A DNA stretch of 59,832 bases, counting the filler. It is 5 parts of 5 records of this genome, joined end to end, with 100 filler letters (N's around TTAATTAATTAA, not from the genome) between each part and the next. Parts side by side here need not be neighbours in the genome. Positions count along the whole stretch, not along the records: positions 46,784 to 59,832 come from DRR723986_7392; 4 more parts are not named here. One strand, written 5' to 3'. A program made the position numbers and the translations under genes. How positions within the stretch are numbered: position 1 is the first letter of the stretch; each line of letters starts with the position of its first letter. Below are positions 47,432-59,832 of this stretch, one piece after another. The notes beneath the pieces were generated by a model. It did not search any database, was not told the DNA's origin, and saw only the letters and a program-made list of their open reading frames with translations.

Positions 47432-48172
47432 TTGTTACGTTGGCGGCACACTTCGAGTGAATTTAAGGAAAAGATAATCAGATTCCCATTCAAAGATCAG
47501 AGCGCATCGGGTGCGCTGGTGCAGCGGTCATGCTCTGCCTCACTAATCACGATTGCCGGAGTAGCAGCGTTGATTGCCCTGGAGTGGACGCTGTTTTCGA
47601 ACTTCGAAATACGATTTATTAATTATTGGCTCCCATATCATGCTCCCCTGACGAGTCTTCTGGCGCTGGCATTGATGTTTCTGGCTCTGAGGAGTTGGGT
47701 CAGGTTGGTGCTTGGTGGGGAACGCATTTCGACCATTCTGGAAGAGAACCCGGCACCGCGTTCGCCGTCCAGACCGGAGCCCCTGGCACGTCGACTGGGG
47801 TTTTCACTGCCTGTCCGAGTACTTGTGGTGGATGACGATGCGGGAGTACGGATGGTGATGTGCAAGAAGCTCTCCAACCTGGGCGTTCAGGTGACCGGAG
47901 TCAGTGATGGTGTGGAGGCACTCCTGGCCGTTGCGGATGATCGCTGGGACCTGGTCTTGATGGACGGCGAAATGCCTTTTATGGATGGAATCGAAGCCAT
48001 CAGAGCCATTCGCCATCAGAATCTCCTCCCGGTATACACACCAATAGTGACCATCTCTGCGAACCGCAGCCAGGACTATCGTCAGGCCTGTGTCGATGCC
48101 GGAACAACGGCCTGTCGGGCCAAGCCTCGCGATACCCGGGATCTGGAAGCACTTATGGATGAGTTCTTGTGA
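47432..48172 (+). CDS. Membrane-anchored receiver-domain protein (start uncertain)
   Basis: Two hydrophobic helices, then VLVVDDD...LVLMDGEMP...KP REC domain. Confidence 0.7.
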   Translation: MLRWRHTSSEFKEKIIRFPFKDQSASGALVQRSCSASLITIAGVAALIALEWTLFSNFEIRFINYWLPYHAPLTSLLALALMFLALRSWVRLVLGGERISTILEENPAPRSPSRPEPLARRLGFSLPVRVLVVDDDAGVRMVMCKKLSNLGVQVTGVSDGVEALLAVADDRWDLVLMDGEMPFMDGIEAIRAIRHQNLLPVYTPIVTISANRSQDYRQACVDAGTTACRAKPRDTRDLEALMDEFL

Positions 48173-48360
48173 AGCTTTTGAGTGGCAAGGGATTTGCGGG
48201 GATGCCAGTGAGTGGTGTATATCCGGTGAGGGCGGGTTCAAAGTTACAACTGACTGAAAAGGTCTGAGCAATCCGGTGGCGTATATGCGGCGATCGTTCA
48301 GCCTGCTCTTTCACTCTGATTCACCGATAGGTACTGGTTTTGTTGCTGAGAGAGAGTAGC

Positions 48361-49194
48361 GTGCACAAGTGGCTTGTGGTCGGCCTTATAGTGGCCATTC
48401 TCACCGTGGTGTTGGCGGATCAGTTGACTCGGAAGCCGGCCGTGCCAGCGCTTGCGCTCTCCGAGCGGCAACTGGAATGGGTTGGTCAGCAGATATTTCG
48501 TAATGAGTGTGCCGGGCGCTATGACTGCCTGGTGCACTGGAATCAGGGAGAGGCCTTTCCATCGCTGGGCATCGGGCATTTTATCTGGTACCCCGAGGGC
48601 GTGAACGAGCGTTTTGTGGAGAGTTTCCCTGATCTGATTCGCTTCATGAAAGCCCGCGCAGTGGCGATGCCTGACTGGTTAACGGAAGATCCGGTACCGG
48701 ATGCCCCATGGCCGGACCAGAACGCGTTTATTGAAGCCGCAGGCAGTCAACGACTGGCGGAACTGCGTGCCTTTCTGGACCGAACCAAAGCCGTTCAGGT
48801 GGCCTTCATTTTCAAGCGAGCAGAGCAATCTCTGCACCGGGTTATAGAAGCCGTGCCGGATGATCAGCGGGACACGGTGACAGCACACATTACTGAACTT
48901 TCAAAGAGACCTGGCGGCGTCTATGCCCTGATGGATTATGTGAATTTCAAAGGTGAGGGTTTATCGTCACAAGAGGTCTACAGGGGGCAAGGGTGGGGGC
49001 TGCGTCAGGTGCTGCTGGAAATGGAACCCGGCAAGGCCGATACGGCCTTGGAGCGCTTTCGCGAAGCGGCCGGCCGGGTGCTTACCCGGCGGGCCGAGAA
49101 CGCAGAGATGCCCATTGAGCGAGAGCGGTGGCTTCCAGGCTGGCTGAAACGCCTTGAAAGCTATCGGGAACCTACCGAAAGCGATGCGTTATAG
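48361..49194 (+). CDS. Hypothetical exported protein, possibly lysozyme-like
   Basis: N-terminal hydrophobic anchor; NE...WNQGEAFPSLGIGHFIW, DYVNFKGEG, GWGL.QVL. Confidence 0.7.
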   Translation: MHKWLVVGLIVAILTVVLADQLTRKPAVPALALSERQLEWVGQQIFRNECAGRYDCLVHWNQGEAFPSLGIGHFIWYPEGVNERFVESFPDLIRFMKARAVAMPDWLTEDPVPDAPWPDQNAFIEAAGSQRLAELRAFLDRTKAVQVAFIFKRAEQSLHRVIEAVPDDQRDTVTAHITELSKRPGGVYALMDYVNFKGEGLSSQEVYRGQGWGLRQVLLEMEPGKADTALERFREAAGRVLTRRAENAEMPIERERWLPGWLKRLESYREPTESDAL

Positions 49195-49307
49195 CCTTAC
49201 TTTTCAGTAACTTCTAGCGGTTTCCCTTTATAACCTATGTTGTAGTTGGGGCATGTTTCGATTGTTACGTTGAAACCTCATTTTCAGAGTAATGAGGTTT
49301 CATCACC

Positions 49308-50216
49308 ATGTTACAACGAGCTGACTTTTACCGAAGCAGAGAGGAAAACGCAGGAAACATGTTTCCCCGGAACGAGCCGATCGTTCACAGTGCGGGGTCG
49401 CAGCGCGAGCAAGGGCCACTGGCCCAGCAACAGCTGGCACAATTTGAGCGGGATGGGTTCTTGTGGCTCGAGAACTTCTTTACCCCGGAGATGGTGGAGG
49501 GCTTCTTCGACGAGCTGCGAGACATGGCTCAGGACAAGGCCTTCTGTGAGCGGGATGAAGTGATCATGGATGCAAACCGCGAGAAAATCCGGTCGGTGTT
49601 TGCAATGCATGAGACTTCCGAGGCGTTTCACCGTTTGACCCGTGATCCTGAATTGCTGGGTATCGCGCAGCAACTGCTGGGCGGAGACGTCTACATCCAC
49701 CAGTCCCGGATTAACAGCAAGGCGGGATTTTGCGGCAATGGTTTTGAATGGCACTCGGATTTTGAAACCTGGCACACGGAAGACGGGATGCCCGCCATGC
49801 GGGCCGTGAGCGCGTCGATCATGTTGACGGATAATAATGCTTTCAACGGCCCGTTGATGCTCATTCCCGGTTCGCACGAGTATTTTGTGCCCTGTGCCGG
49901 TGCCACGCCTGAGAACAACTGGACACAGTCACTGCAGAAGCAGACAGCAGGGGTGCCGTCCCGTGATGCTGTAGGTCAGCTGGCAAATCGGCATGGTATT
50001 GAGGCGCCCACCGGTCCGGCAGGGTCTCTGCTACTGTTTGAGTGCAATACCCTGCATGCCTCTAACCGGAACATGTCGCCCTGGCCTCGAGCCAATCTGT
50101 TTTTTGTTTACAACAGCGTGGACAACCGCCTTGTGGAGCCATTCTGCGGAAGTAAACGGCGTCCTGAGTATCTCGCGGCTCGTGCCAATACTCAGCCTCT
50201 CAAACCCTGGAACTGA
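49308..50216 (+). CDS. ectD: Ectoine hydroxylase
   Basis: Signature FEWHSDFETWHTEDGMP; YIHQSRIN, NGPLMLIPGSH. Confidence 0.93.
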   Translation: MLQRADFYRSREENAGNMFPRNEPIVHSAGSQREQGPLAQQQLAQFERDGFLWLENFFTPEMVEGFFDELRDMAQDKAFCERDEVIMDANREKIRSVFAMHETSEAFHRLTRDPELLGIAQQLLGGDVYIHQSRINSKAGFCGNGFEWHSDFETWHTEDGMPAMRAVSASIMLTDNNAFNGPLMLIPGSHEYFVPCAGATPENNWTQSLQKQTAGVPSRDAVGQLANRHGIEAPTGPAGSLLLFECNTLHASNRNMSPWPRANLFFVYNSVDNRLVEPFCGSKRRPEYLAARANTQPLKPWN

Positions 50217-50249
50217 TTGGCGGTCTGAGTGCCTGACCAGGCTCTACAT

Positions 50250-50284
50250 AAAAAATGCCCCCATCGGCTATCCGATGGGGGCAT
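50250..50284. terminator. Terminator between convergent ectD and katE
   Basis: 13-bp perfect stem ATGCCCCCATCGG/CCGATGGGGGCAT with a flanking A-tract. Confidence 0.85.
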
Positions 50285-50307
50285 CTCTGTTTCTACGGGA
50301 GGCGTTT

Positions 50308-52398
<2,091 letters not shown>

Positions 52399-52462
52399 AA
52401 CTTGGCTCCTATGCTTTGCTGGCAAGAGCCTCTCATTTAAGCAGAGTCTCCGCTGCTTGCCT

Positions 52463-52476
52463 TTAACATGTGTTAA
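52463..52476. promoter_or_regulatory. Candidate Crp/Fnr-type box between divergent katE and pfpI
   Basis: TTAAC-ATGT-GTTAA. Confidence 0.5.
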
Positions 52477-52582
52477 TGCCCGAGGGCTGGAATAACCACA
52501 CCATATGCGACTAGGGTTGGAATAGTGTATTTGCGTTCCCTTCGTTTTTTCTGCGCAAGATTATTAGAGGAGGTAGAGCCGT

Positions 52583-53119
52583 ATGACTGGTGCATTAAGC
52601 GGGAAAACGGTGGCCCTGCTTGCAACGGACGGCGTGGAGCAGGTAGAGCTGACAACGCCCTGGGACAAACTCAGGCAGGCCGGGGCTAAGGTGGAACTGG
52701 TTTCACTCGAATCCGGCTCGATACGAGGGTATCACCATCTGGACAAGGGGGATTTGTTCTCTGTCGATAAGACGGTGAATGAGGTGACAGCTGAGCAGTT
52801 CGATGCGCTGGTTTTACCTGGTGGCCTGGCCAATCCCGATGCTTTACGTTTAAACACCGAAGCCGTTGACTTGGTGAAACACTGTGTTCAGTCAGATATG
52901 CCGGTTGCGGCGATATGCCATGCCCCCTGGTTGCTGGTTGAGGCCGGGGTGGTCAAGGGTCGAACCATGACGTCGTTCCCAAGCCTCAGGACGGATATCA
53001 ACAACGGAGGTGGCCACTGGGTTGACCAAGCGGTCCATCAGGAGGCAGGCATCATTACCAGCCGCAAGCCGGATGACCTGGAGCAATTCTGTGACGCGCT
53101 GATCGCCGCCCTTGGATGA
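52583..53119 (+). CDS. PfpI/DJ-1 family protein
   Basis: GVEQVEL, LPGG..NPD.LR, AICHAP, TSRKPDDL. Confidence 0.9.
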   Translation: MTGALSGKTVALLATDGVEQVELTTPWDKLRQAGAKVELVSLESGSIRGYHHLDKGDLFSVDKTVNEVTAEQFDALVLPGGLANPDALRLNTEAVDLVKHCVQSDMPVAAICHAPWLLVEAGVVKGRTMTSFPSLRTDINNGGGHWVDQAVHQEAGIITSRKPDDLEQFCDALIAALG

Positions 53120-53149
53120 GCGGGTGCGTGAGAAGCGAGGAGGTGACCT

Positions 53150-53380
53150 ATGCCTTACGATCGTAAATCCGATTTGCCAGACGGAGTTCGAAACAATCTG
53201 CCGGCCCACGCCCAGGAAATATATCGCAAAGCGTTCAATTCGGCTTGGGAGGAGTACCGCCACCCTGAAGACCGCCGTGGCGACGCCGATCGTGAAGAAA
53301 CCGCCCATCGCGTCGCGTGGGCGGCGGTAAAACAGGAATACCACAAAGCCGACGGCGAGTGGGTGAAAGACCGTTCCTGA
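53150..53380 (+). CDS. chaB: ChaB-family protein
   Basis: MPY...DLP..V...LP.HAQEIY..AFNSAW...AHRVAWAAVK. Confidence 0.92.
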   Translation: MPYDRKSDLPDGVRNNLPAHAQEIYRKAFNSAWEEYRHPEDRRGDADREETAHRVAWAAVKQEYHKADGEWVKDRS

Positions 53381-53413
53381 CTACCGGCTGGGGGGCACCC
53401 TGCCATTCAGTCT

Positions 53414-54148
53414 CTAGAAATCGGCGAGTGGTTGGTGCTTCAGGGCAACGGGCTGGCCTGCGCTGGCCTCAAGCCACCAGACATTTTCGTGCCAGTCTCC
53501 CAGTACAACCCTGCGGGCGGGCTTGCCATTGGCTTCCAGCTCATGAATGGCGGGGCGATGGGTGTGGCCGTGAATCATCAGTTGAACGTTATGGGCTTCC
53601 AGTTCTTGCACCACTTCCTCGGGGGTCACATCCATGATGGTCTCAGCCTTGCCCTGATTCTTCGCCATGGAGATTTCCCGCAGTTGCCGTGCCATCAGCT
53701 GACGATCTTTGAGTGGGCGGGAGAGAAGCATCTTCACCGTTTGCGGGTTACGCATGTTGGCCCGGAACTTCTGATATTCCACATCGGCCGTGCAGAGGCT
53801 GTCACCGTGCATCAGTAGGGTGGGTGTGCCATACAGATCCACTACCGTCGGATCATCCAGCAGGATGGCGCCGGCGCGCGCGCAGAAATCTTCGCCAATG
53901 AGGAAGTCCCGGTTGCCGTGCATCAGGTAAATATCGGTGCCTGTGTCCCGCACCTCCCGCAAGGCCGCCGCTACCTGTTCCTGCAGCGGGGTTCGCTCGT
54001 CATCTCCAATCCAGGCTTCAAAAAAGTCGCCAAGAATGTATAGACGCTCAACGCCCAAGGCTTTGTCTCTGAGGAAGGTCAGAAACGCTCCCGTAATATC
54101 CGGGCGCGATTCTTCCAGGTGCAGATCCGAGATAAACAGCGTGGTCAC
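53414..54148 (-). CDS. lpxH: UDP-2,3-diacylglucosamine diphosphatase
   Basis: FISDLHL, LGDFFE.W.GDD, HGNRDF, HGHTHRP. Confidence 0.93.
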   Translation of the reverse strand: MTTLFISDLHLEESRPDITGAFLTFLRDKALGVERLYILGDFFEAWIGDDERTPLQEQVAAALREVRDTGTDIYLMHGNRDFLIGEDFCARAGAILLDDPTVVDLYGTPTLLMHGDSLCTADVEYQKFRANMRNPQTVKMLLSRPLKDRQLMARQLREISMAKNQGKAETIMDVTPEEVVQELEAHNVQLMIHGHTHRPAIHELEANGKPARRVVLGDWHENVWWLEASAGQPVALKHQPLADF

Positions 54149-54645
54149 GCGTCCTCCAGAACCTCGGCTTTTTCAATCACTACGTCCTCAAACGGGACGT
54201 CCTGGTGGCCGGCGCGCATGGTGGTGCGAACGGCGCGGATCTTGTTGACGGTCTCCATGCCCTCGGCCACCTTGCCGAATACGCAGTAGCCCCAGCCCTC
54301 TGCGTTCTTGGCGGTGTGGTCCAGAAAACCGTTGTTCTCAACGTTGATGAAGAACTGGGCGGTGGCGGAGTGGGGGTCCATGGTGCGGGCCATGGCAATG
54401 GTGCCGACCATGTTGCTCAGGCCGTTGTCAGCCTCGTTCTGGATAGGTTCGCGGGTTTTGCGCGGCGTCATGCCAGGCTCAAAGCCGCCGCCCTGAATCA
54501 TGAAGTTGCTGATAACGCGGTGAAAAATCAGGCCATCGTAAAAACCGTCGCGAACGTACTGTTCGAAGTTTTTGGCGGTTTCCGGGGCTTTCTCGTAGTC
54601 CAGTTCCAGCTTGATATCACCGAAGTTTGTCTGCAGCAGAATCAT
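54145..54645 (-). CDS. ppiB: Peptidyl-prolyl cis-trans isomerase B
   Basis: [30 protein letters not shown]. Confidence 0.93.
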   Translation of the reverse strand: MILLQTNFGDIKLELDYEKAPETAKNFEQYVRDGFYDGLIFHRVISNFMIQGGGFEPGMTPRKTREPIQNEADNGLSNMVGTIAMARTMDPHSATAQFFINVENNGFLDHTAKNAEGWGYCVFGKVAEGMETVNKIRAVRTTMRAGHQDVPFEDVVIEKAEVLEDA

Positions 54646-54806
54646 CAGGGTTTCCTGTGTTTGGGGATCGGAATGTTTAAAGTGGCTATTGTACTCAAGA
54701 GTTTCGTCCGGTGCATGAGTCCGGCATGGATTTGTGAGTATAATAGGCGGTTTAAACGGAGCATCCGGACAGCTCCCATGATTCATTCCCTGTTGACAGA
54801 GATTGT

Positions 54807-56486
54807 ATGAGCGCCGAGTCGAAGAAAGCCCACAACTTTATCCAGAGCCTGATTGAAGACGCTATCGCCAAAGGGGAGCACACCGGGAAGGTGGTCACCC
54901 GTTTCCCCCCGGAGCCCAATGGCTATCTGCACATTGGTCATGCCAAATCGATCTGTTTGAATTTCGGCATTGCCGAAACCTTTAACGGTGAGTGCAACCT
55001 GCGATTTGACGACACCAACCCGGAAAAGGAAAGCCAGGAGTATATCGACGCTATCAAGCAGGACGTGGAGTGGCTGGGCTATGAGTGGGCCGGCGAGGTG
55101 TGTTACGCGTCGGATTACTTTGATCAGCTCTACGCCTTTGCCGAAGAGCTCATTCAGAACGATAAAGCCTATGTCTGTGCCCTGAACGCTGAACAGATGG
55201 CCGAGTACCGGGGCTCCCTGAAAGAGCCCGGCAAGAACAGCCCATACCGGGATCGCCCGGTAGAGGAAAGCCTGCAGCTGTTCCGGGACATGCGCGACGG
55301 CAAGTTCCAGAACGGTGAGCTGGTGTTGCGGGCCAAGATTGATATGGCATCCCCGAATATCAACCTGCGGGACCCGATTCTGTACCGGATTCGCTACGCG
55401 GATCATCACCAGACCGGCAGCAAGTGGTGCATCTATCCGATGTATGACTTTACCCATCCGATCTCCGATGCTCTGGAAGGGATTACCCATTCCCTGTGTA
55501 CCCTGGAATTCGAGGATCACCGGCCGCTGTACGACTGGGTGCTGGACAATATCACCATCCCCTGTCATCCGCGCCAGATCGAATTTGCCCGGCTGAATCT
55601 GAACTACACCATTACCAGCAAGCGCAAACTGAAGCGGCTGGTGGATGAAAACGTGGTTAGTGGCTGGAACGACCCCCGAATGCCGACGATTTCCGGCATG
55701 CGCCGTCGTGGTTACACGCCCGAGTCGATTCGCAACTTTTGCGACATGATCGGCGTCAACAAGGCTGGCGGCACTGTGGATGTCGGCATGCTGGAGCACG
55801 CAATCCGGGAGGATCTGAATAACCGTGCGCCCCGCGCCATGTGCGTGATGCGTCCGCTCAAGGTCACCCTGACCAACTACCCGTCTGACCAGACGGAGAC
55901 CCTGACTCTGCCGGTGCATCCGCAGAATCCGGATATGGGCGAGCGGGAAGTGACCTGGAGTCAGACCCTGTTTATTGACCGGGAAGATTTCGAGGTAGAA
56001 CCGCCGCGCAAGTGGAAGCGGCTGGCCCCGGAACAGGCAGTGCGGCTGCGCGGTGGCTACGTGATGACCTGTAAAGAGGTTGTGCGTGACGGCAGCGGCG
56101 AGATTGTCGAGCTCAAGTGCGAATACGATCCGAATACCCTGGGCGTGAACCCGGAGGGCTACAAACCCAATGGCGTGATTCACTGGGTGTCGGCCAGCGA
56201 CAGCGTGGAGACGGATATCAATCTTTACGACCGCCTGTTCAACCACGAATCTCCGGACAGCGACAAGGAAGGCGATTTTCTGGATCATCTGAACCCGGAA
56301 TCTCTGGTCGTTCTCAAAGGTGCCCGCGTTGAGAAAAGTCTGGCTCAGCCCCGTACCGATCTGCCGTACCAGTTCGAGCGCGAGGGATACTTTTTCTGCG
56401 ACCAGGAACTGACTGAAAAGTCTGGCAAGCCGGTGTTCAATCGTACCGTCACGCTGCGGGATTCCTGGGGTAAGGGAGGCAAGTAA
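54807..56486 (+). CDS. glnS: Glutamine--tRNA ligase
   Basis: [25 protein letters not shown]. Confidence 0.96.
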   Translation: MSAESKKAHNFIQSLIEDAIAKGEHTGKVVTRFPPEPNGYLHIGHAKSICLNFGIAETFNGECNLRFDDTNPEKESQEYIDAIKQDVEWLGYEWAGEVCYASDYFDQLYAFAEELIQNDKAYVCALNAEQMAEYRGSLKEPGKNSPYRDRPVEESLQLFRDMRDGKFQNGELVLRAKIDMASPNINLRDPILYRIRYADHHQTGSKWCIYPMYDFTHPISDALEGITHSLCTLEFEDHRPLYDWVLDNITIPCHPRQIEFARLNLNYTITSKRKLKRLVDENVVSGWNDPRMPTISGMRRRGYTPESIRNFCDMIGVNKAGGTVDVGMLEHAIREDLNNRAPRAMCVMRPLKVTLTNYPSDQTETLTLPVHPQNPDMGEREVTWSQTLFIDREDFEVEPPRKWKRLAPEQAVRLRGGYVMTCKEVVRDGSGEIVELKCEYDPNTLGVNPEGYKPNGVIHWVSASDSVETDINLYDRLFNHESPDSDKEGDFLDHLNPESLVVLKGARVEKSLAQPRTDLPYQFEREGYFFCDQELTEKSGKPVFNRTVTLRDSWGKGGK

Positions 56487-57877
56487 TGCGTATCTACAAT
56501 ACGCTGACACAGCAAAAGGAAGCGTTCAAAACCCTGGAGCCTGGCAAGGTTCGTATGTACGTGTGCGGCATGACTGTCTACGACTATTGCCATCTGGGGC
56601 ATGCCCGGGTGCTGGTGGCGTTTGACGTAGTGACTCGGTATCTGCGGCATCGCGGATACGACGTACACTATGTGCGCAACATTACCGATATCGACGACAA
56701 AATCCTGCGCCGGGCTGATGAAAATGGTGAGGTGTATACGGACCTGACCGACCGGATGATCCGGGCCATGCACGAGGACGAGGCGAAGCTCGGCGTGCTG
56801 TCACCCAACGATGAGCCTCGGGCGACTGCCTTTATCGACGACATCATTGCCATGATCCAGAAGCTGATCGCCGGTGGCCACGCCTACGCTGCCGATAATG
56901 GCGACGTGTACTTTGCCGTGGAGTCTTTCCCGGATTACGGCAAGCTGAGCAAGAAAAAGCTGGAAGATCTGGTAGCCGGTGCTCGAGTGGATGTGCAGGA
57001 GGCCAAGCGCAGCCCTGCAGACTTTGCGCTCTGGAAGGCCGCCAAGCCAGGCGAGGTGAGCTGGCAGTCGCCGTGGGGCGAAGGTCGCCCCGGATGGCAT
57101 ATTGAGTGTTCCGCCATGTCTACCAAGTGCCTGGGTGATACCTTCGATATTCACGGTGGTGGTCCGGATCTGCTGTTCCCCCATCATGAAAACGAAATCG
57201 CCCAGTCGGAATGTGCCACCGGCCACACCTTTGTGCACACCTGGATGCATGCCGGCGCCATTCGAGTGAACAAGGAAAAGATGTCCAAGTCGCTGGGCAA
57301 CTTTTTTACCATTCGCGAGATTCTGGAAAAGTACCCGGCGGAAGTGGTTCGCTATTTCCTGGTGTCCAGCCACTACCGGAGCCAGGTGGACTATTCCGAG
57401 GATAACCTGGCGGAGGCCGGGCGAACCTTGACCAAGCTCTATCATGCCCTGCGGGGTATCGTGCCAGCGAAACAAGCGGATGTAGCGGAAACGGACCACG
57501 ACCGTCGTTTTGCCGAGGTAATGGATGATGATTTCAATACTGCTGGCGCCATTGCCGTGCTGCATGCAGTGGCGAATGACATCAATCATTACCGCCGGGA
57601 AGGTGATGAAGATGCCGCCAAGCGTAGCGCGGCCGTTCTGGTGCGGCTGGGTGCTGTGCTCGGTCTGCTGCAGCAGAACCCGGAAGCCTTCTTCCAGGCG
57701 GATACCGGCAGTGAGCTGACCGCCGAGGACATCGAGGCCATGATTCAGGCCCGTGCCGATGCCCGCAAAGCCAAAGACTTTGCGGAGGCTGATCGCATTC
57801 GCGATGATCTGCTGGAGAAGGGCATTATCCTGGATGACAGCCGCGAAGGAACCACCTGGCGCCGGAGCCAGGACTGA
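56486..57877 (+). CDS. cysS: Cysteine--tRNA ligase
   Basis: [27 protein letters not shown]. Confidence 0.96.
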   Translation: MRIYNTLTQQKEAFKTLEPGKVRMYVCGMTVYDYCHLGHARVLVAFDVVTRYLRHRGYDVHYVRNITDIDDKILRRADENGEVYTDLTDRMIRAMHEDEAKLGVLSPNDEPRATAFIDDIIAMIQKLIAGGHAYAADNGDVYFAVESFPDYGKLSKKKLEDLVAGARVDVQEAKRSPADFALWKAAKPGEVSWQSPWGEGRPGWHIECSAMSTKCLGDTFDIHGGGPDLLFPHHENEIAQSECATGHTFVHTWMHAGAIRVNKEKMSKSLGNFFTIREILEKYPAEVVRYFLVSSHYRSQVDYSEDNLAEAGRTLTKLYHALRGIVPAKQADVAETDHDRRFAEVMDDDFNTAGAIAVLHAVANDINHYRREGDEDAAKRSAAVLVRLGAVLGLLQQNPEAFFQADTGSELTAEDIEAMIQARADARKAKDFAEADRIRDDLLEKGIILDDSREGTTWRRSQD

Positions 57878-58024
57878 GTTGATTCGCGCAATGTCGCATT
57901 GTACCGGTGGGAATGACCTTGTAGGGAATTTCACGTACAATGCGGCGCTCTAATCAGAACGTCCCCGCGCTTTCAGGCGCCATCAGGGGAGTCGGGAACT
58001 ACAAACCCATTGAGGCAAGCAACG

Positions 58025-59832
58025 ATGACAGAACGCGTTCAAGTTGGCGGCATCCAGATCGCCAAGAATCTGTACGATTTTGTAAATAACGAAGCGATTC
58101 CGGGCACCGGTATTGACGCTGACAAGTTCTGGGCCGAGTTCGACAAGATCGTGAACGAGCTCGCTCCGCGCAATCGCGAGCTGCTGCTCAAGCGTGACGA
58201 AATCCAGGAAAAAATGGACACCTGGAACCGCGAGCACAAGGGCCAGAAACTGGACATGGCTGAGTACAAGGCGTTTCTGAAAGACATCGGCTACCTGGTA
58301 GATGAGCCGGCGGATTTCAAAATCTCCACCTCCAATGTGGATCCGGAAATCGCCACCATGGCCGGCCCGCAGTTGGTTGTGCCGGTCATGAATGCCCGTT
58401 TCGCCCTGAACGCGGCTAACGCCCGCTGGGGTAGCCTGTACGATGCCCTGTACGGTACCGACGCTATTTCTGAGGAAGATGGTGCTGAGAAAGGTCGTGG
58501 CTACAACCCGGTTCGTGGCGCGAAGGTGATTGAGTGGGCCCGCAACCTGCTGGATGGCTCTGCACCACTGGCTTCCGGCAGCCATAAAGACGCCGCAAAA
58601 TACTACATCGATGGCGGCAAGCTGGCGGTTAAACTTCAGAACGGTGACGTGACCGGTCTGAAAGACGAGTCCGGTTTTGTGGGTTACACCGGCGCTGCCG
58701 ATGCCCCCACTGGCGTTTTGCTGGTGAAGAATGGCATGCATTTCGAAATCCAGATTGATGCCAGCCATCCGATCGGCAAGGATGACGGTGCCCACGTTAA
58801 AGACGTTCTGATGGAATCGGCCCTGACCACCATCATGGACTGCGAAGACTCAGTTGCCGCGGTAGATGCTGATGACAAGGTTGTCGCCTACAAGAACTGG
58901 CTTGGCCTGATGAAGGGCGATCTGGAAGAGTCCTTTGAGAAGGGCGGCCAGATGATGACTCGTCGCATGAATGGCGACCGCACCTACACTGGCGCCGATG
59001 GCAGCGAGCTGACCCTCAAGGGTCGCAGCCTGCTGTTCGTTCGTAACGTTGGTCACCTGATGACTAACCCGGCCATTCTGCTGAAGGATGGTAGCGAAAT
59101 CCCCGAGGGTCTGATGGACGGCTTGGTAACATCCCTGATCGCCATCCACGACCTGAAGGGCGACGGCAAATTCCAGAACAGCACCAAGGGTTCTGTGTAC
59201 ATTGTTAAGCCCAAGCAGCACGGCCCGGAAGAAGTGGCGTTCACCAATGAATTCTTCGGTCGTGTTGAAGACGCTCTTGGTCTGCCGCGCTTCACCCTGA
59301 AAGTGGGCATCATGGACGAAGAGCGTCGCACCACGGTGAACCTGAAGGCCTGCATCCACGCGGCCAAAGAGCGCACCGTGTTTATCAATACCGGCTTCCT
59401 GGATCGCACCGGTGATGAGATTCATACATCCATGGAGTTGGGTCCCTTCATCCGTAAGGGGCCGATGAAGCAGGCCGCCTGGATCAACGCCTACGAGCAG
59501 TGGAACGTGGACATCGGCCTGGAAGCCGGTCTGTCCGGCGTTGCCCAGATTGGTAAGGGTATGTGGGCCATGCCGGATCTGATGGCAGGCATGCTGGAGG
59601 CCAAGATCGGTCATCCGAAGGCTGGTGCCAACACCGCCTGGGTTCCGTCTCCGACAGCCGCTACCTTGCATGCCACTCACTACCACCAGGTGAACGTGTT
59701 TGATGTGCAGAAAGAGCTGGCTAACCGTCAGCGCGCGTCTCTGGACGACATCCTGACTGTGCCGGTGATGGATGATCCGTCTTCGTTGAGCGCCGAGGAC
59801 ATTCAGCAGGAACTGGACAACAACGCCCAGGG
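58025..59832 (+). CDS. glcB: Malate synthase G, 3' truncated (absent from the ORF track)
   Basis: Read directly: MTERVQVGG..., [66 protein letters not shown]. Confidence 0.95.
   Translation, partial: MTERVQVGGIQIAKNLYDFVNNEAIPGTGIDADKFWAEFDKIVNELAPRNRELLLKRDEIQEKMDTWNREHKGQKLDMAEYKAFLKDIGYLVDEPADFKISTSNVDPEIATMAGPQLVVPVMNARFALNAANARWGSLYDALYGTDAISEEDGAEKGRGYNPVRGAKVIEWARNLLDGSAPLASGSHKDAAKYYIDGGKLAVKLQNGDVTGLKDESGFVGYTGAADAPTGVLLVKNGMHFEIQIDASHPIGKDDGAHVKDVLMESALTTIMDCEDSVAAVDADDKVVAYKNWLGLMKGDLEESFEKGGQMMTRRMNGDRTYTGADGSELTLKGRSLLFVRNVGHLMTNPAILLKDGSEIPEGLMDGLVTSLIAIHDLKGDGKFQNSTKGSVYIVKPKQHGPEEVAFTNEFFGRVEDALGLPRFTLKVGIMDEERRTTVNLKACIHAAKERTVFINTGFLDRTGDEIHTSMELGPFIRKGPMKQAAWINAYEQWNVDIGLEAGLSGVAQIGKGMWAMPDLMAGMLEAKIGHPKAGANTAWVPSPTAATLHATHYHQVNVFDVQKELANRQRASLDDILTVPVMDDPSSLSAEDIQQELDNNAQ

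Noticed and set aside
25456-50216. Apparent ectoine theme linking ehuABCD with ectD
   Set aside because: Different contigs and probably different classes of Proteobacteria

Overview
The window is five unrelated contigs joined by artificial N-padded TTAATTAATTAA linkers (16003-16102, 29796-29895, 40021-40120, 46684-46783). Contigs 1-4 look alphaproteobacterial (Rhodobacteraceae-like); contig 5 looks gammaproteobacterial (Marinobacter-like). Contig 1: end of a coxL/coxM-like molybdoenzyme, then a sigma-54 acetoin-dehydrogenase cluster (acoXABC). The cluster has no E3 gene but carries an AhpD-like CxxC protein, a Prx5 peroxiredoxin, an AcoR activator lacking its HTH, a second near-identical sigma-54 promoter before a two-ATPase CUT1 ABC importer, and lipA; an IS6 remnant follows. 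Contig 2: a LysR-linked catabolic cluster with an EhuABCD-like importer, a creatinase-like M24 hydrolase, an Asp/Glu-racemase-family enzyme, a sarcosine-oxidase-like soxBDAG and a Rieske oxygenase; a 47-bp promoter/operator module is duplicated. Contig 3: tRNA-Leu 3' end, VanA-like oxygenase, YqaA, an RTX/DUF4214 protein, a Hint-domain adhesin, a MocA-like gene and a GcvT-family gene. Contig 4: GC-rich housekeeping genes (pmbA, rbfA, dapB, rsmB and others). Contig 5: Crp/Fnr regulator, ectD, katE, pfpI, chaB, lpxH, ppiB, glnS, cysS, glcB. The best candidate novel systems are a possible acetoin-fuelled, lipoyl-dependent peroxidase relay with its own importer (contig 1) and an uncharacterised N-methylated osmolyte catabolic pathway (contig 2). 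All calls come from motif recognition; no database searches were run.
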